Shown here: positions 34,101 to 41,235 of the stretch, piece after piece
Position numbering within the stretch: position 1 is the stretch's first letter
Layout: each line of letters begins with the position of its first letter
NCBI GenBank assembly: GCA_963575745.1
Contig: CAUYUJ010000002.1
Span: 1,674,001 to 1,738,000, forward strand
Origin: Prorocentrum cordatum
Lineage: Eukaryota
Direction of reading: 5' to 3'
Length of the DNA stretch: 64,000 nt
The notes under the pieces: generated by a model
What the model saw: only the letters and a program-made list of their open reading frames with translations
The model's database searches: none
What the model was told of the DNA's origin: nothing
Made by a program: the position numbers and the translations under genes

Positions 34101-34247
34101 AGCTACACGGGCGGAGGTTCGTCGGATTCTGCGGGGCCAACCCGCGTGGAGATCGTGAGCGTAGCCGCACCAGCGACTCCTGCGGAGCCATCCGCTAACA
34201 GCATGCCCCCGAGTCAGACGGCAACGTGGTCACACGACCGCCGCTGA
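24981..34247 (+). CDS. Element B ORF1 (~3088 aa): hydrophobic N-terminal segments, Gag, CCHC knuckle, SH3/Tudor-like module, Tpt1/KptA domain, RING-H2, aspartic protease
   Basis: First ATG at 24981, positionally conserved in element C. Gag PSWDP..PFREYVREVHAW (~25590); CHTCGSTEHLRDQC (26859-26900); Tpt1 motifs 29838-30600; RING 32238-32396; protease FMLDIGSNVNIIG (~33225). Confidence 0.92.
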   Translation: MPILSFTPDPMLRLALLLMRYEPKPGIWQRLKRNTYLSLPACFRLGSGAGYTLVWLALALIPVIHGTTWWTTTTVEYHVAPALRGAEPVRDRASGATRELETLSPTSLRYFTPDFHQMPIGNSIENVVTLRGYPQRGHLHPVPVRRLTATTPEPDKPQPKPITEAEMHMHWIKITIFGILWVIMGCAVGYMRQGMDDTRTTGPSWDPAGTTPFREYVREVHAWLNVTSGNMTPPQQAAALQRGLQGLARRIAMQVPSQIINYGVTVNGQPTDAVTYILYLLSTKFENLEDERQLNSGTALIDFRVERGERIDSVLARFEMARDEANSVGFVIPNFQILTLILFRALGVGASRAQHLLEPFNHQMPRTQADYDRLLTRMRNYGHVAERSPGNIAGIFTGHHSHAGVYATTAGSPAGPGEPNPWADPADMPNEATALLGQTGQASAEAAEANAWSNYSPGAAYTASPPSGTTLWGQAESSAQGSQPPSPFESGTDTDTSSDDEHNGIVSAGNDYPADDTHLSEQQRAEAAFMAYRKSKRRWRRFMKKPVRKVRRAVRRHFKRFGKGRGKGGRRRRMHGRGITAFLTSLTDMAFEEVLIGGKGRGHRRTSGKGKGRRGNPRDASGNTMKCHTCGSTEHLRDQCPKGKGKGSVHVAQNSFMDDIDYIDYEFYVNPDAAPAAGSSTYYVMARYAEATVALEDYAETLFDEFHGWDEVDEVAYNAWFGLPAGPPAGDEVSEAETVPATEEELTAVLAPQVIGTPLLPNPSRAGSEAGDADDEMRGHPAYSDSEEAEEDYKDMLQEEVSEAIRLLSAPAHQHITMNELLSHPGVARLRPYLDSNMSASQMLTALQALAGSPAEETLDATAGPPAWSMDVFMQGCDQMDINDLTMEQLNDIGYFRSPYQNVFMVQDSSEDSEDMRYAKRDRRPSPPRDSEHDDQRPMTRGSASAGPARGRSRSAPRRPTHDESGYPYSTEHSVGVSAQQVPDWYIRWYPGYSMDTLRHWYSKEYCTKRDETGAIIRTKGGKTKTPEAWDKRAKKQEIINDRKTYRKQVCQCEPFKGHMRRCPMDRPSRSPHHGETPWNWSHGDDAGNVHDPNKEVPGGGKRITEADRVPMTEEVANIVRENWVQLPNDHRLKEWNRRFHKEAGSPAGSSKEAGSPAGSSKEAGSPADAAPAAGSAEDDWIAVASAAESAAGTDHTELNEEWAAEDGSENPFPDGSACWYYSSSAQKWFCTRVIYRHENGKYKLAIKGTADIDQMRQVIHDHGQPEGPPRDPPSPQPGKGSRPPPRPKADSSSSPTPAKRHPSKSPEGTHGRAKARGIAKTDDPEPADPPGLSVTERKKAFAGPSTPMPPATQGDVKDEVRDKPQAAFRGDWTPTLHQPRLAPRPGSARMKAQPKPEAGMRSVRAEAAAKAKEDKGSAGPPAKAAPAATAGTPAEGTLSREERFRVLKEFGDQQKLTDDAAADEGHPNPGAESSAGAASSAAGSAGPPIKAAPAALAGPPVKAPPAALAGPPAQGQPIMSVLRNIPLGAIEYWQGIEGKGPKRTINPRVTPDDTDRYEVINCPVRRNFECRNDWEREQQTVGNMLRDRPPLRVAQHKAELLKVMERFGMDPTLPREGQMTKVSMWFSTALRHSPYWKDGFSRHFEKISTYDPYDGWVVVDDLLTNWTENDQWKGYREMHEVLIKGRPHTSYVYWVLLNCCEMIDHHGMQKGRLQMKCVDDSMLLPPRFRPKARRPQYFIRATNGHSSPGIHCPESLCKPITTWMKEPDDPVYFIHGTQWEYVKDILANGLSCLAQDNPKRKGGRQFVHGCPYLPGDPRIQSGIRPDSEVLIFCSINKMLSSGFSLWRSANDIVMTRGHDGRIPPDHILQIVSIAKYRVGEAWSNPLAYDKSRRRGQPADRIRTDDYLPLKMCDRTLGVMEDHAMYLKGWTKTDGRPFNLIMTEQDVAPRPYDTQTVLMMNAQEDEVMPEAGPPAGAGTPAVDTSDGSWQQVVTPVATVASPLRPDQQSWVQALNSHLTSADVSGLTDQLYRADPWAVHTGIQDAQQRNLRTPAGPPGVLGPQPQRPPQQAGGARFVPMGGSDGGSPFRTPPSETSENSLWQRLQAIRGNPALAAALQATTPFGTPRGSEGGVAAGTPAERTPAESSAHAGPPADGQQGSDYERRAANLRAQATFLQQQADRVPSLLRNRNIDVTNHGDFRPLWSWTSEDAPNADPTNPYRQVFIPGIASHPIYGWDNHGPAEAQAMDAPMYPEYYAQMNNTPMIAGPPANEYTRNLANEMFRLQFTRAVDAQSMPHYAYMPTPTDPETVVQPAGLAVPAAMGSMPDYIRDVHNTQQAILASRQQARDNARLRQQRAIQRRIERENQAGTPADAGPPAERTDRLPPPTPYREGETTFERQARTRPDVPAPVISDYNFTQCPICMDSYEMGTTVWRLACGHFFHDICWDRVAQQHVRNQRPGAPNEAPCAVCRGPGIITAHFPYAGQRDAESEQARQQERYVVDARELRRLREAVEALEARAAHSAEPSARAPAAQTHPWPAPEQGIQMPILPTLRAQEPPAAGPPAEAAPAAKAGPPANGPPNPGFLRAMEANIRRSGRSGGGTRRPTGSSRTSRVASPVSARSRASAESAEAAQFHTTFMIDTKGLTYARDDTDTLPPGGEWTSTLSANYWVLEQEPITVEERRQYEQMWCTELTMSQWVLEQRLLKGTLGSQITYHTDDHGTMALAARNGTFFPDEDGLPCISFMLDIGSNVNIIGANTARTFQEAMARYNHRPAICTLSKTLYINGVGEGAAICRKMGNFKIGVQYANEASPRIEEYASNIAEGSGANLPAIWGLGAMEARDTIIVLKPGYQKVIFPSGDYTLKLGRGAKVLRAKKTPSGHLAIPCGLYDGAKSQTVTNTFTIRSSRDGYTETENEEDPVSAGPPAGVGAGPPAGVSAGPPAETTAGQPATGQSMTVTTDTYIVEPYLDKQLLEDTTRLIVDRTLNSWWEGQQCPEGTWPHMKDALKSKIFWAVQEAVNKWTPENQAGPPATPPPPPSYTGGGSSDSAGPTRVEIVSVAAPATPAEPSANSMPPSQTATWSHDRR
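25115..25129 (+). promoter_or_regulatory. Element B primer-binding site, tRNA-iMet-like
   Basis: TGGTAGCGGAGCTGG abuts the LTR end. Confidence 0.85.
29838..30600 (+). other. tpt1/kptA-like: Tpt1/KptA (PTS_2-RNA) NAD+-dependent RNA 2'-phosphotransferase domain within ORF1
   Basis: Ordered family motifs: STALRH, DGWVVVDDLL, KGRL, IRATNGHS, IHGT, ILANGL, GRQFVH, SGIR...EVLIF, LWRSANDIVMT, GRIPP. Confidence 0.9.
32238..32396 (+). other. RING-H2 (C3H2C3) finger within ORF1
   Basis: CPIC-x14-CGHFFHDIC-x21-CAVC, with W directly after the sixth ligand. Confidence 0.88.
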
Positions 34248-37200
34248 CGGGGGCAGGCGGGCGCGCCGGCGGCGCTCGCTTGCGAAGAGAAGCCGAATAC
34301 CGGCCTCCTCGCGACATACGTTGGCCGCGCTGAGGCCCGAGAAGAAAAATATCATTCAAAATGTCTCGTCATCGAAGATATTCGCACAGCTTGCGCTGAA
34401 CTCCGAACCCGTGGATATATATGCGACCGGATTACCCATAATGAGGTAATGACTTCAACTGGAACACAGTATTTGGGAAATTTGTTGGCAGGAGACTACA
34501 ATATGTTGTGGGTGGCCACACCCTCTGATTGGTACGTTCGTACTCCAGGAAAGAGGGCGGGACCACATTATCAACGTATACAAAATCTCCTGATCAAAGC
34601 GCGTGCTCTGAGAATGCAGATAGTTATCCTGGGGCCACCCGGGTATTTCTGGAAACAGGGTCCGATCAAAGATGTTATCGAAGATTTGAAGCTAAGCATT
34701 ATACGAATCAGACTCTGTCATTTCGGTATCAAGTTTGACCGATCCAGTAAATATCCCAGTGGTTCTTATATACAAGTTGCTACATCTTGTCCTCATATAC
34801 CGATAAACTTATGGAAATGTACTTGTGGCTCACACAAGGAGCATGATTTGGATTGGTATGGCCAAGATCAGCAACGTGCCGAGTTTCGGTATAAAACTTT
34901 GGCTATTATTATTGCACGCTTCCTTGATCAACTCGATAAAGCCAACATGATCAGGAATGAGCGGAGTGCGGTACACCTCAGTGTGTGTACACGCGTTGAC
35001 AAAAAGGTCAGACACTACGTCCAATGTCCACAAAAGGGCCCTCAATGGGACCATGTGGTTCGTAGGGTCACGACCGACCTGGACACGAACAAGATCGTTC
35101 AAGATATCAGAATCCAGGATCAGCCAACTGGGTACAATTATGTAGCTCCATTACCTGATGGGGTTACAAACATCAGTACTCGGCTATACTGGGAGCCTCC
35201 GGCTCCAGTTCTTCATGGCAATGGTGAGTCGCGAAGGCCACGCCCAAAGCGTGTGACGATCGTCGACGACGATCGATCTCCTCCCCCTTCGATTGAGCGT
35301 TGCCAAACGCGACCCACCAACAACCTTCCTGAAATTCCGCCATTTCCTGACTTTACAGCGGATTCCTCCGCAGCGGATCTCTCCGCGGAAACTGCGTTGC
35401 CCACTGATGCCAGGATAAAACAGAAAGAAAAGCAGAAAGCTGACAAAGAAGCCGGCATCAAACCGAAGAAAGTCCCGAAGAAAGTGGAAGACGGTAACGA
35501 CGACTGTGGAGAGGACCTCAAAGGGCTTGACTGCTCCACATATTTCAACGACGTTCCTCTTGACGACTCGGACTCGGACAGCGAATCAGAGGACATCTTC
35601 ATGATGTTACCGGCGGGGCAACCCGCTGACTCACATGCTGATGTCTTCTCGATAGTCCAGTCGTTATGCTACGGCAGAAACAATCAAGTGGACATGCTTG
35701 AATTATGTGGGGGCAAGGGTGGTATATCCATATTAGCCTTCAAGAGGGGACTCTCGTCAGGCGGGAACCTTGACAAGATATCTATGGTTGACCTTGGAAA
35801 CTCGGAAGTACAAAGAGCAGTCCTCCACTACCTCAAGACTTGCTTTGTCAAGATCACGATTCTGCAGCCAAGCTGCAGAACTACTGGACTTCCTTCCTAT
35901 TTCAATGCACAGGTCAATCATGATACGTGGCTTAAACACCACAAAGAGGACCTGCCTCACATCACGTTCTGTGGAACAGTCGCTCTATTACAAGACGACC
36001 TAAGACGTTTCTTTCTCAGGGAACAACCAATGGGCACGTGGGTGGATGAGATCCAGCCATGGAAGGAACTGGCACAACGCAAGGTCACTTGCCAAACGAT
36101 TATTGATCAGTGCACGACTGGTCTCAAAGATTCATTTGGACAATACATCCGCAAGCCAACACAGATGATGGCAAACAAAGAAGAGTTGTTGGCACCTTTC
36201 AGAGGCAAGCGTTGTCCAGGTAATCATGTGCACGCCAATGCTTGTAATAAAGAACTAGCAAGGGCGGCACAGTATACCTACAGAATGCAGTCACTGATCG
36301 TTGATGCGGTGCAAATCGCCAAAGACCTGTTTGCTTACGGTCGCGATCCATTCGCGAATCGTGAACGCAGCTATGCGTTCGTAACAAACAGTGCTGGCTA
36401 CGACTTGGACGACCCAACAATCCGGAGACACCCAAACGGAGAAATCTGGCGACCACCACCTGGCGGTCTTGGGTGCCCTGGCTGTGTGGACAACAACTAC
36501 AAGCAATCACCAAAGCACAGCAGGGATCCGAAGATGTGTCGGTGGTATGATGTTGAACCGTATTACTGGGACTGTCCAAGCTGTAAGAAGGAATATCAGA
36601 AGAGCAATCCTCACCACACCAAGATATCTGGCCAATGCAGATTCGCCGAAAAATGGAAGCTGCCAGATAACTTTGGCCAGCCGCGCCCGGCGGGGCAAGC
36701 CGCTCCTGCGGCGCCAGCCGCGGAAGCGGCTCCAGCCGCAGAAGCGGCGCCAGCCGCAAAAGCGGCGCCGGCCGCGAGAGCGCGCATACGCGCGCCTAGG
36801 CCGCCACGGCCTGGTGAGGGCGATCCAACCGCAGGCGCCAGCAGCCATGACATCACCAGAGCCGACGGGGCTAATGGTGGCAACAGTGGCGCTGGCAGCT
36901 CTGACGATCACCGTAGACTGCCACAAGTTGCAGCAAGGCGCGGACGCATGGAGGGAGGAGATCCTCCACCACCGCCGCAGCCTCAAGCAGAGCCGAGGCC
37001 AAGGCCAAGGCTCCCTGATTGGACTCGCTTCGACGTTCAGCTCAGCCTCCAAAACCTGCGCAGCTTCGACCCAGCTGTAGTGCAGCGAGAACTCCGCAAA
37101 CTCCACCTGAGATGGTTTCATGCCAAGGAGCCAAAAATGCGGATGATTCTAACCAAGGTTGGTCTGGGTGAAACCCGTTTGAGTCTGATCAAAGGCATTT

Positions 37201-40200
37201 GTGACTCGTGTAGAGAATGTCGAGCCTGGGACAAACCAGGCAACACGGTGATGCCTTCTGTGTCACTGCCAGGACGTTTCAACGAGGAAGTCGAATGTGA
37301 TCTTTTCTTTTACAAACAGGAACATATTGTTTTTCACATCATCGACCGTTGTATTCGCTGGGCAGCTGGCACAGAGATTCCTGATAAAGCCATGCATACT
37401 GTTCTCGATGCCTATCATACGACTTGGATGCAACATGGCCCTGCTAAAATCTTATACTCCGATGGGGAAGGAGCACTGAATAATGATACAGCAAAGGCCA
37501 TCCTTAAGGCTAAGGGAACAGAGCTTCGTATTCGAGCGCGTGGCCAACACGCTACAACTATCGAAGCTAGGAACGGCATCCTGCGACACCTCTTACACGT
37601 GATGGGAGAAGAATTGAATAGATTAAATATTCCTCTCAATTTCACTCGTCTCTTACATGAAGCCTTGTTTGCCAGCAACGCATTTACCTTCTACAATGAA
37701 GTGTCTCCGTACAATGCGCTGTATGGCAGACAACCAGCTATGCTTCCCGATTTCCCTGTCTTGGATCATGATCAGTCCGCTGAATCATCAGATCACTCAA
37801 GGGAGGAAACAATCAGGAGGGTTAGTCTGGAGGCAATCACGCAGGCCACTGCGGTTGCCAAGACGAACAGGGCTCTCCGTACGAAGACTACTGCTACGGG
37901 TGAATTTCACTACAAAGAGGGAGATCTCGTGGACTATCATCGCCCGACCACCACGAAAGACGACTGGGGTGGATGGAGTGGTCCATACCCGGTCATCCGC
38001 AACGAACCTGACCGAGGCCAGGTCATCGTGAAGGTCGGCAGTCGCGAAGTGCGAGTACAGTATCCTGACACACGACACACACTGTACATCGAAGCACTTA
38101 TGGTCCGCGAGATAGGATCGGACAATACGGCCCTTCGGACAGTATTGGCCTTTATTGCCGGTCTGCCAGCGGGGAAACCCGCCATGACTTTCGGATATCT
38201 ACCAGCGAAACAGGGTCGGCTGCAGATGACTGCTGCGAGCCGACTTTCGCCTAAGGTGCACTTGGCTCTTCAGTACCTCATACGCAACTACTTTCGTATT
38301 GAAAACGTTGTTGCTGTACGACTTGCCAAGAGCCTGACGAAGTTGCCTGCTGCACCCTATGCAGACAGCTGTACACTAGTGCACTATGATAATGATGTGA
38401 CCCCTGGTTTTCATTACTATGAAGCTGATGGCACTGCCTTGAACATCTATGACATCACAGGATCTACACACTCACGCATCATCCAGTGTCTTAAATCCAG
38501 GAAGCCGTCTGCTGGATTTGACCAAGACCTCACTAAGTTTGAGGAACTCGCTGATGGTCCACCACCAAGCGAATCACCTCCAGCAGCTGCTCCTGAGGAG
38601 CCTCCTACGGATAACGATGGTCGGCTCCCGACCATCATAGAGGAAACAGAAGAAGATCTGGATGCTTTTGTCTTGAAGTCGTGGTATGCTGAACTGATGG
38701 ATGACAGAACACTCCTTGAAGCTGACACAGAGGAAGTCATGCATACAGTTCCCACATACATGACAGACACACAGTGTGTGTTAGTCTCTACGACCTGTGA
38801 AGATGTGCAAGGCCACTTGCCGGAGCGGGGTCACCCGCCAGGATACGACATGGACACTTCTTACTACGTTCCTTTATGCTCCACGGATCCGGATAGCAAA
38901 TATGATCTGGACTCCGATGAGCACGGGAAGTACATCGAGCTCTGCTTCACTGCAGACATGTCCAAAGTCGTCCTGTCCGAGCAGCAACACCGATTGTTGG
39001 ATGACAGCAGCGTCACAACTATGCGAGTATACGTTAGCGCTGCCTCCAAACGTGCCGTGGTCGTCAAGGAAGACGATCTACTCACGAAGGCCGACATCCA
39101 AGCAAATCCGGTCAAAGTTTCCAAAGCCCTCTACACAGAATTGAAGACTTGGCTTGACAACAAATGCTTCCAGATGACTGACTTAAGCAAGGCGTCTAAC
39201 ATCATGACGTCACGCTACGTATACAAATGGAAGTTTGTCAAGAACGAAAAGGGCGAAATGGAAAGGACGATCAGGTTACGCTTGGTACTCCGTGGCTTCA
39301 TGGACCTCGAAGCCTTTGATGTCGAAACCTTCTCTGGCACGGCAAGGAGGTCAAGCCAGAGACTGCTCGCAAGTTCTGCTGCATGCAACAAAGCTTGGAT
39401 CATCGCTTCCCTGGACATCAACATGGCTTTCTTGAAGGGACTGACCTATGGCGAGCTCGCCGCGGCAACGGGCGAGAAAGAGCGTGTGGTGTGCTTCACA
39501 CTACCACCTGGGTCAGCAGCTGTCCTTCGCACACTGCCAGGCTTTGAGTCATATGACGAATCAAAGCATTGTCTCCGGTGTCTGAAACCGGGGACGGGCA
39601 CGAAGGATGCTCCCAGGGCATTCTCGCTGAAGCTCAGGTCCATCACTAGGAGCTTTGGGCTACAGCCTACTTCATACGACGAAGAGTTCGAGATGAGCCC
39701 AAACCTCTTGACAGCCAAGCACGTTGATGACATCAATATGACTGGGAAGGAAGAGGCTATTGACAAGTATGTCAAGTGTGTTGAAGATACGTTTGGGAAG
39801 TGCAAACTGAACAAGCACACATACACAAACTGTGCCGTTCGGTACAACAAGACCGATGATGGGAGCGTCACTCTCGATCAGGACGAATACATCAAACAGC
39901 TTCGTCCTATCACACATCCAGAACTCACAGGAGCTGATCCTGAGAGCAAAGCGACAAAGACGATTTCTGATATGTTCGTCAGTCTTCGTGGCGCTCTAGC
40001 CTATGCGTTGATCACGCAGGTATGGCTGATGGTCTATGTTGTCTCACTACAACGTATCCAGGAACCGACAAACATCCAGGTACGACGACTAAACGCGGTT
40101 ACCAGAAAGCTACAGGCAGGTCCGAAGAAGATCGTGTATCAAGCTATGACCCCAACAGGAGAAGTCGACCTGCATAGCGATTCTGGCTATCGTCGTCTCA

Positions 40201-40847
40201 ACGGAGATGAAGACGACGAAGTCAAAGGCTATGGTATCCGCGGGGCTAACCTGCTGAGGCGTGGCCACACGCAAGCGGGGAAACCCGTCGTGCACCTGGT
40301 GGACGCATACTGCAAGTCTCATCGACTGCAGGTGCGTTCGAGCTACTCTGCGGAAACACTGGCAGCAGCCCACAACTTGGAAGACTGCTACCCGACCATT
40401 GTAACGCTCCACGAGCTACACTCGGGACCATTGACCCCCACACAGTTAAAGAACATATTGGAAATGGGTGGTCTATGTATCAAAGTCACTCTGACTATTG
40501 ATGCCGAGTCTGTCTTCAAGTCTTTGTCTAGCAAAGATCTGAAGAAGCCCACAGAATGTACTCTGCTTGGGCACATCAGCTGGATCCGCCAGATGATGGA
40601 ACGCGGAATCGTGGAAAGCGTCCAATGGTGTGACACGCGGGATATGACTGCCGATGGTCATACCAAAGGTAGTATTGACCGCGCGTTGCTCCTACAAGTA
40701 ATGGCCGGCCAGCAATCCTTCAAGCACGAGCTGAAGAAACATACGCCGTATAGGGCGGGCAGGTCGTCTCAGGACGGCCCTGCCTCCCGAGCCAGCGGGG
40801 AAACCCGCGGGCAGGTGCGCTTTAGTAGCGAGGAAACTCGCCGGTAG
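34248..40847 (+). CDS. Element B ORF2/pol: degenerate DNMT-like + DNMT-like domain, CCHC fingers, integrase, RT, RNase H
   Basis: Open and in frame directly after the ORF1 TGA (first ATG 34449). DNMT ELCGGKGG/QPSC/EQP/RKPT (35688-36310); integrase HLRWFH..CREC, CDLF, SDGE, IEARNG; RT RLVLRGF, DINMAFLKG, KDAP, HVDD; RNase H HSDSG, SSYSAETLA, IDAESV, MTADGHTK. Confidence 0.93.
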   Translation, partial: RGQAGAPAALACEEKPNTGLLATYVGRAEAREEKYHSKCLVIEDIRTACAELRTRGYICDRITHNEVMTSTGTQYLGNLLAGDYNMLWVATPSDWYVRTPGKRAGPHYQRIQNLLIKARALRMQIVILGPPGYFWKQGPIKDVIEDLKLSIIRIRLCHFGIKFDRSSKYPSGSYIQVATSCPHIPINLWKCTCGSHKEHDLDWYGQDQQRAEFRYKTLAIIIARFLDQLDKANMIRNERSAVHLSVCTRVDKKVRHYVQCPQKGPQWDHVVRRVTTDLDTNKIVQDIRIQDQPTGYNYVAPLPDGVTNISTRLYWEPPAPVLHGNGESRRPRPKRVTIVDDDRSPPPSIERCQTRPTNNLPEIPPFPDFTADSSAADLSAETALPTDARIKQKEKQKADKEAGIKPKKVPKKVEDGNDDCGEDLKGLDCSTYFNDVPLDDSDSDSESEDIFMMLPAGQPADSHADVFSIVQSLCYGRNNQVDMLELCGGKGGISILAFKRGLSSGGNLDKISMVDLGNSEVQRAVLHYLKTCFVKITILQPSCRTTGLPSYFNAQVNHDTWLKHHKEDLPHITFCGTVALLQDDLRRFFLREQPMGTWVDEIQPWKELAQRKVTCQTIIDQCTTGLKDSFGQYIRKPTQMMANKEELLAPFRGKRCPGNHVHANACNKELARAAQYTYRMQSLIVDAVQIAKDLFAYGRDPFANRERSYAFVTNSAGYDLDDPTIRRHPNGEIWRPPPGGLGCPGCVDNNYKQSPKHSRDPKMCRWYDVEPYYWDCPSCKKEYQKSNPHHTKISGQCRFAEKWKLPDNFGQPRPAGQAAPAAPAAEAAPAAEAAPAAKAAPAARARIRAPRPPRPGEGDPTAGASSHDITRADGANGGNSGAGSSDDHRRLPQVAARRGRMEGGDPPPPPQPQAEPRPRPRLPDWTRFDVQLSLQNLRSFDPAVVQRELRKLHLRWFHAKEPKMRMILTKVGLGETRLSLIKGICDSCRECRAWDKPGNTVMPSVSLPGRFNEEVECDLFFYKQEHIVFHIIDRCIRWAAGTEIPDKAMHTVLDAYHTTWMQHGPAKILYSDGEGALNNDTAKAILKAKGTELRIRARGQHATTIEARNGILRHLLHVMGEELNRLNIPLNFTRLLHEALFASNAFTFYNEVSPYNALYGRQPAMLPDFPVLDHDQSAESSDHSREETIRRVSLEAITQATAVAKTNRALRTKTTATGEFHYKEGDLVDYHRPTTTKDDWGGWSGPYPVIRNEPDRGQVIVKVGSREVRVQYPDTRHTLYIEALMVREIGSDNTALRTVLAFIAGLPAGKPAMTFGYLPAKQGRLQMTAASRLSPKVHLALQYLIRNYFRIENVVAVRLAKSLTKLPAAPYADSCTLVHYDNDVTPGFHYYEADGTALNIYDITGSTHSRIIQCLKSRKPSAGFDQDLTKFEELADGPPPSESPPAAAPEEPPTDNDGRLPTIIEETEEDLDAFVLKSWYAELMDDRTLLEADTEEVMHTVPTYMTDTQCVLVSTTCEDVQGHLPERGHPPGYDMDTSYYVPLCSTDPDSKYDLDSDEHGKYIELCFTADMSKVVLSEQQHRLLDDSSVTTMRVYVSAASKRAVVVKEDDLLTKADIQANPVKVSKALYTELKTWLDNKCFQMTDLSKASNIMTSRYVYKWKFVKNEKGEMERTIRLRLVLRGFMDLEAFDVETFSGTARRSSQRLLASSAACNKAWIIASLDINMAFLKGLTYGELAAATGEKERVVCFTLPPGSAAVLRTLPGFESYDESKHCLRCLKPGTGTKDAPRAFSLKLRSITRSFGLQPTSYDEEFEMSPNLLTAKHVDDINMTGKEEAIDKYVKCVEDTFGKCKLNKHTYTNCAVRYNKTDDGSVTLDQDEYIKQLRPITHPELTGADPESKATKTISDMFVSLRGALAYALITQVWLMVYVVSLQRIQEPTNIQVRRLNAVTRKLQAGPKKIVYQAMTPTGEVDLHSDSGYRRLNGDEDDEVKGYGIRGANLLRRGHTQAGKPVVHLVDAYCKSHRLQVRSSYSAETLAAAHNLEDCYPTIVTLHELHSGPLTPTQLKNILEMGGLCIKVTLTIDAESVFKSLSSKDLKKPTECTLLGHISWIRQMMERGIVESVQWCDTRDMTADGHTKGSIDRALLLQVMAGQQSFKHELKKHTPYRAGRSSQDGPASRASGETRGQVRFSSEETRR

Positions 40848-40951
40848 CGAGGCTACTCGCGCGCCCTTTCCTTGTAGGCAGCCGCTGCTGCTTAGCACTG
40901 TTTTTCCGCATAATGTAAAAGTGCGGTACCTGCTCGTCTCCTCCCCCTCCG

Positions 40952-41235
40952 ACTTTAAACGGAGAAGGTTAAAGGCGAGGTATAAATCGAGCATGTACCG
41001 CTGCCGTGCCTGGCTCAAGCCGGGCCCGGCCAATATATGACTGTGCCTCACTGAGGCGCACGACTTGCATCAGAGATCGGAAAATACCTTTTCCATTGAC
41101 GATGCCCATCCTATCCTTTACTCCAGATCCCATGCTTCGTCTTGCACTCTTGCTCATGCGATATGAGCCAAAGCCTGGGATATGGCAACGCTTAAAGCGT
41201 AACACATACCTAAGCTTACCAGCTTGTTTTCGACT
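40952..41235 (+). repeat. Element B 3' LTR
   Basis: Matches the 5' LTR and is followed by TSD GGCCA. Confidence 0.95.

Larger units (their letters stand above)
24831..41235 (+). mobile_element. Element B: intact 16.4-kb Ty1/copia LTR retrotransposon carrying Tpt1, RING-H2 and DNMT-like domains
   Basis: 284-bp direct repeats with 2 mismatches, GGCCA TSD (24826-24830 / 41236-41240), PBS, and uninterrupted ORFs with IN before RT-RNase H. Confidence 0.97.
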
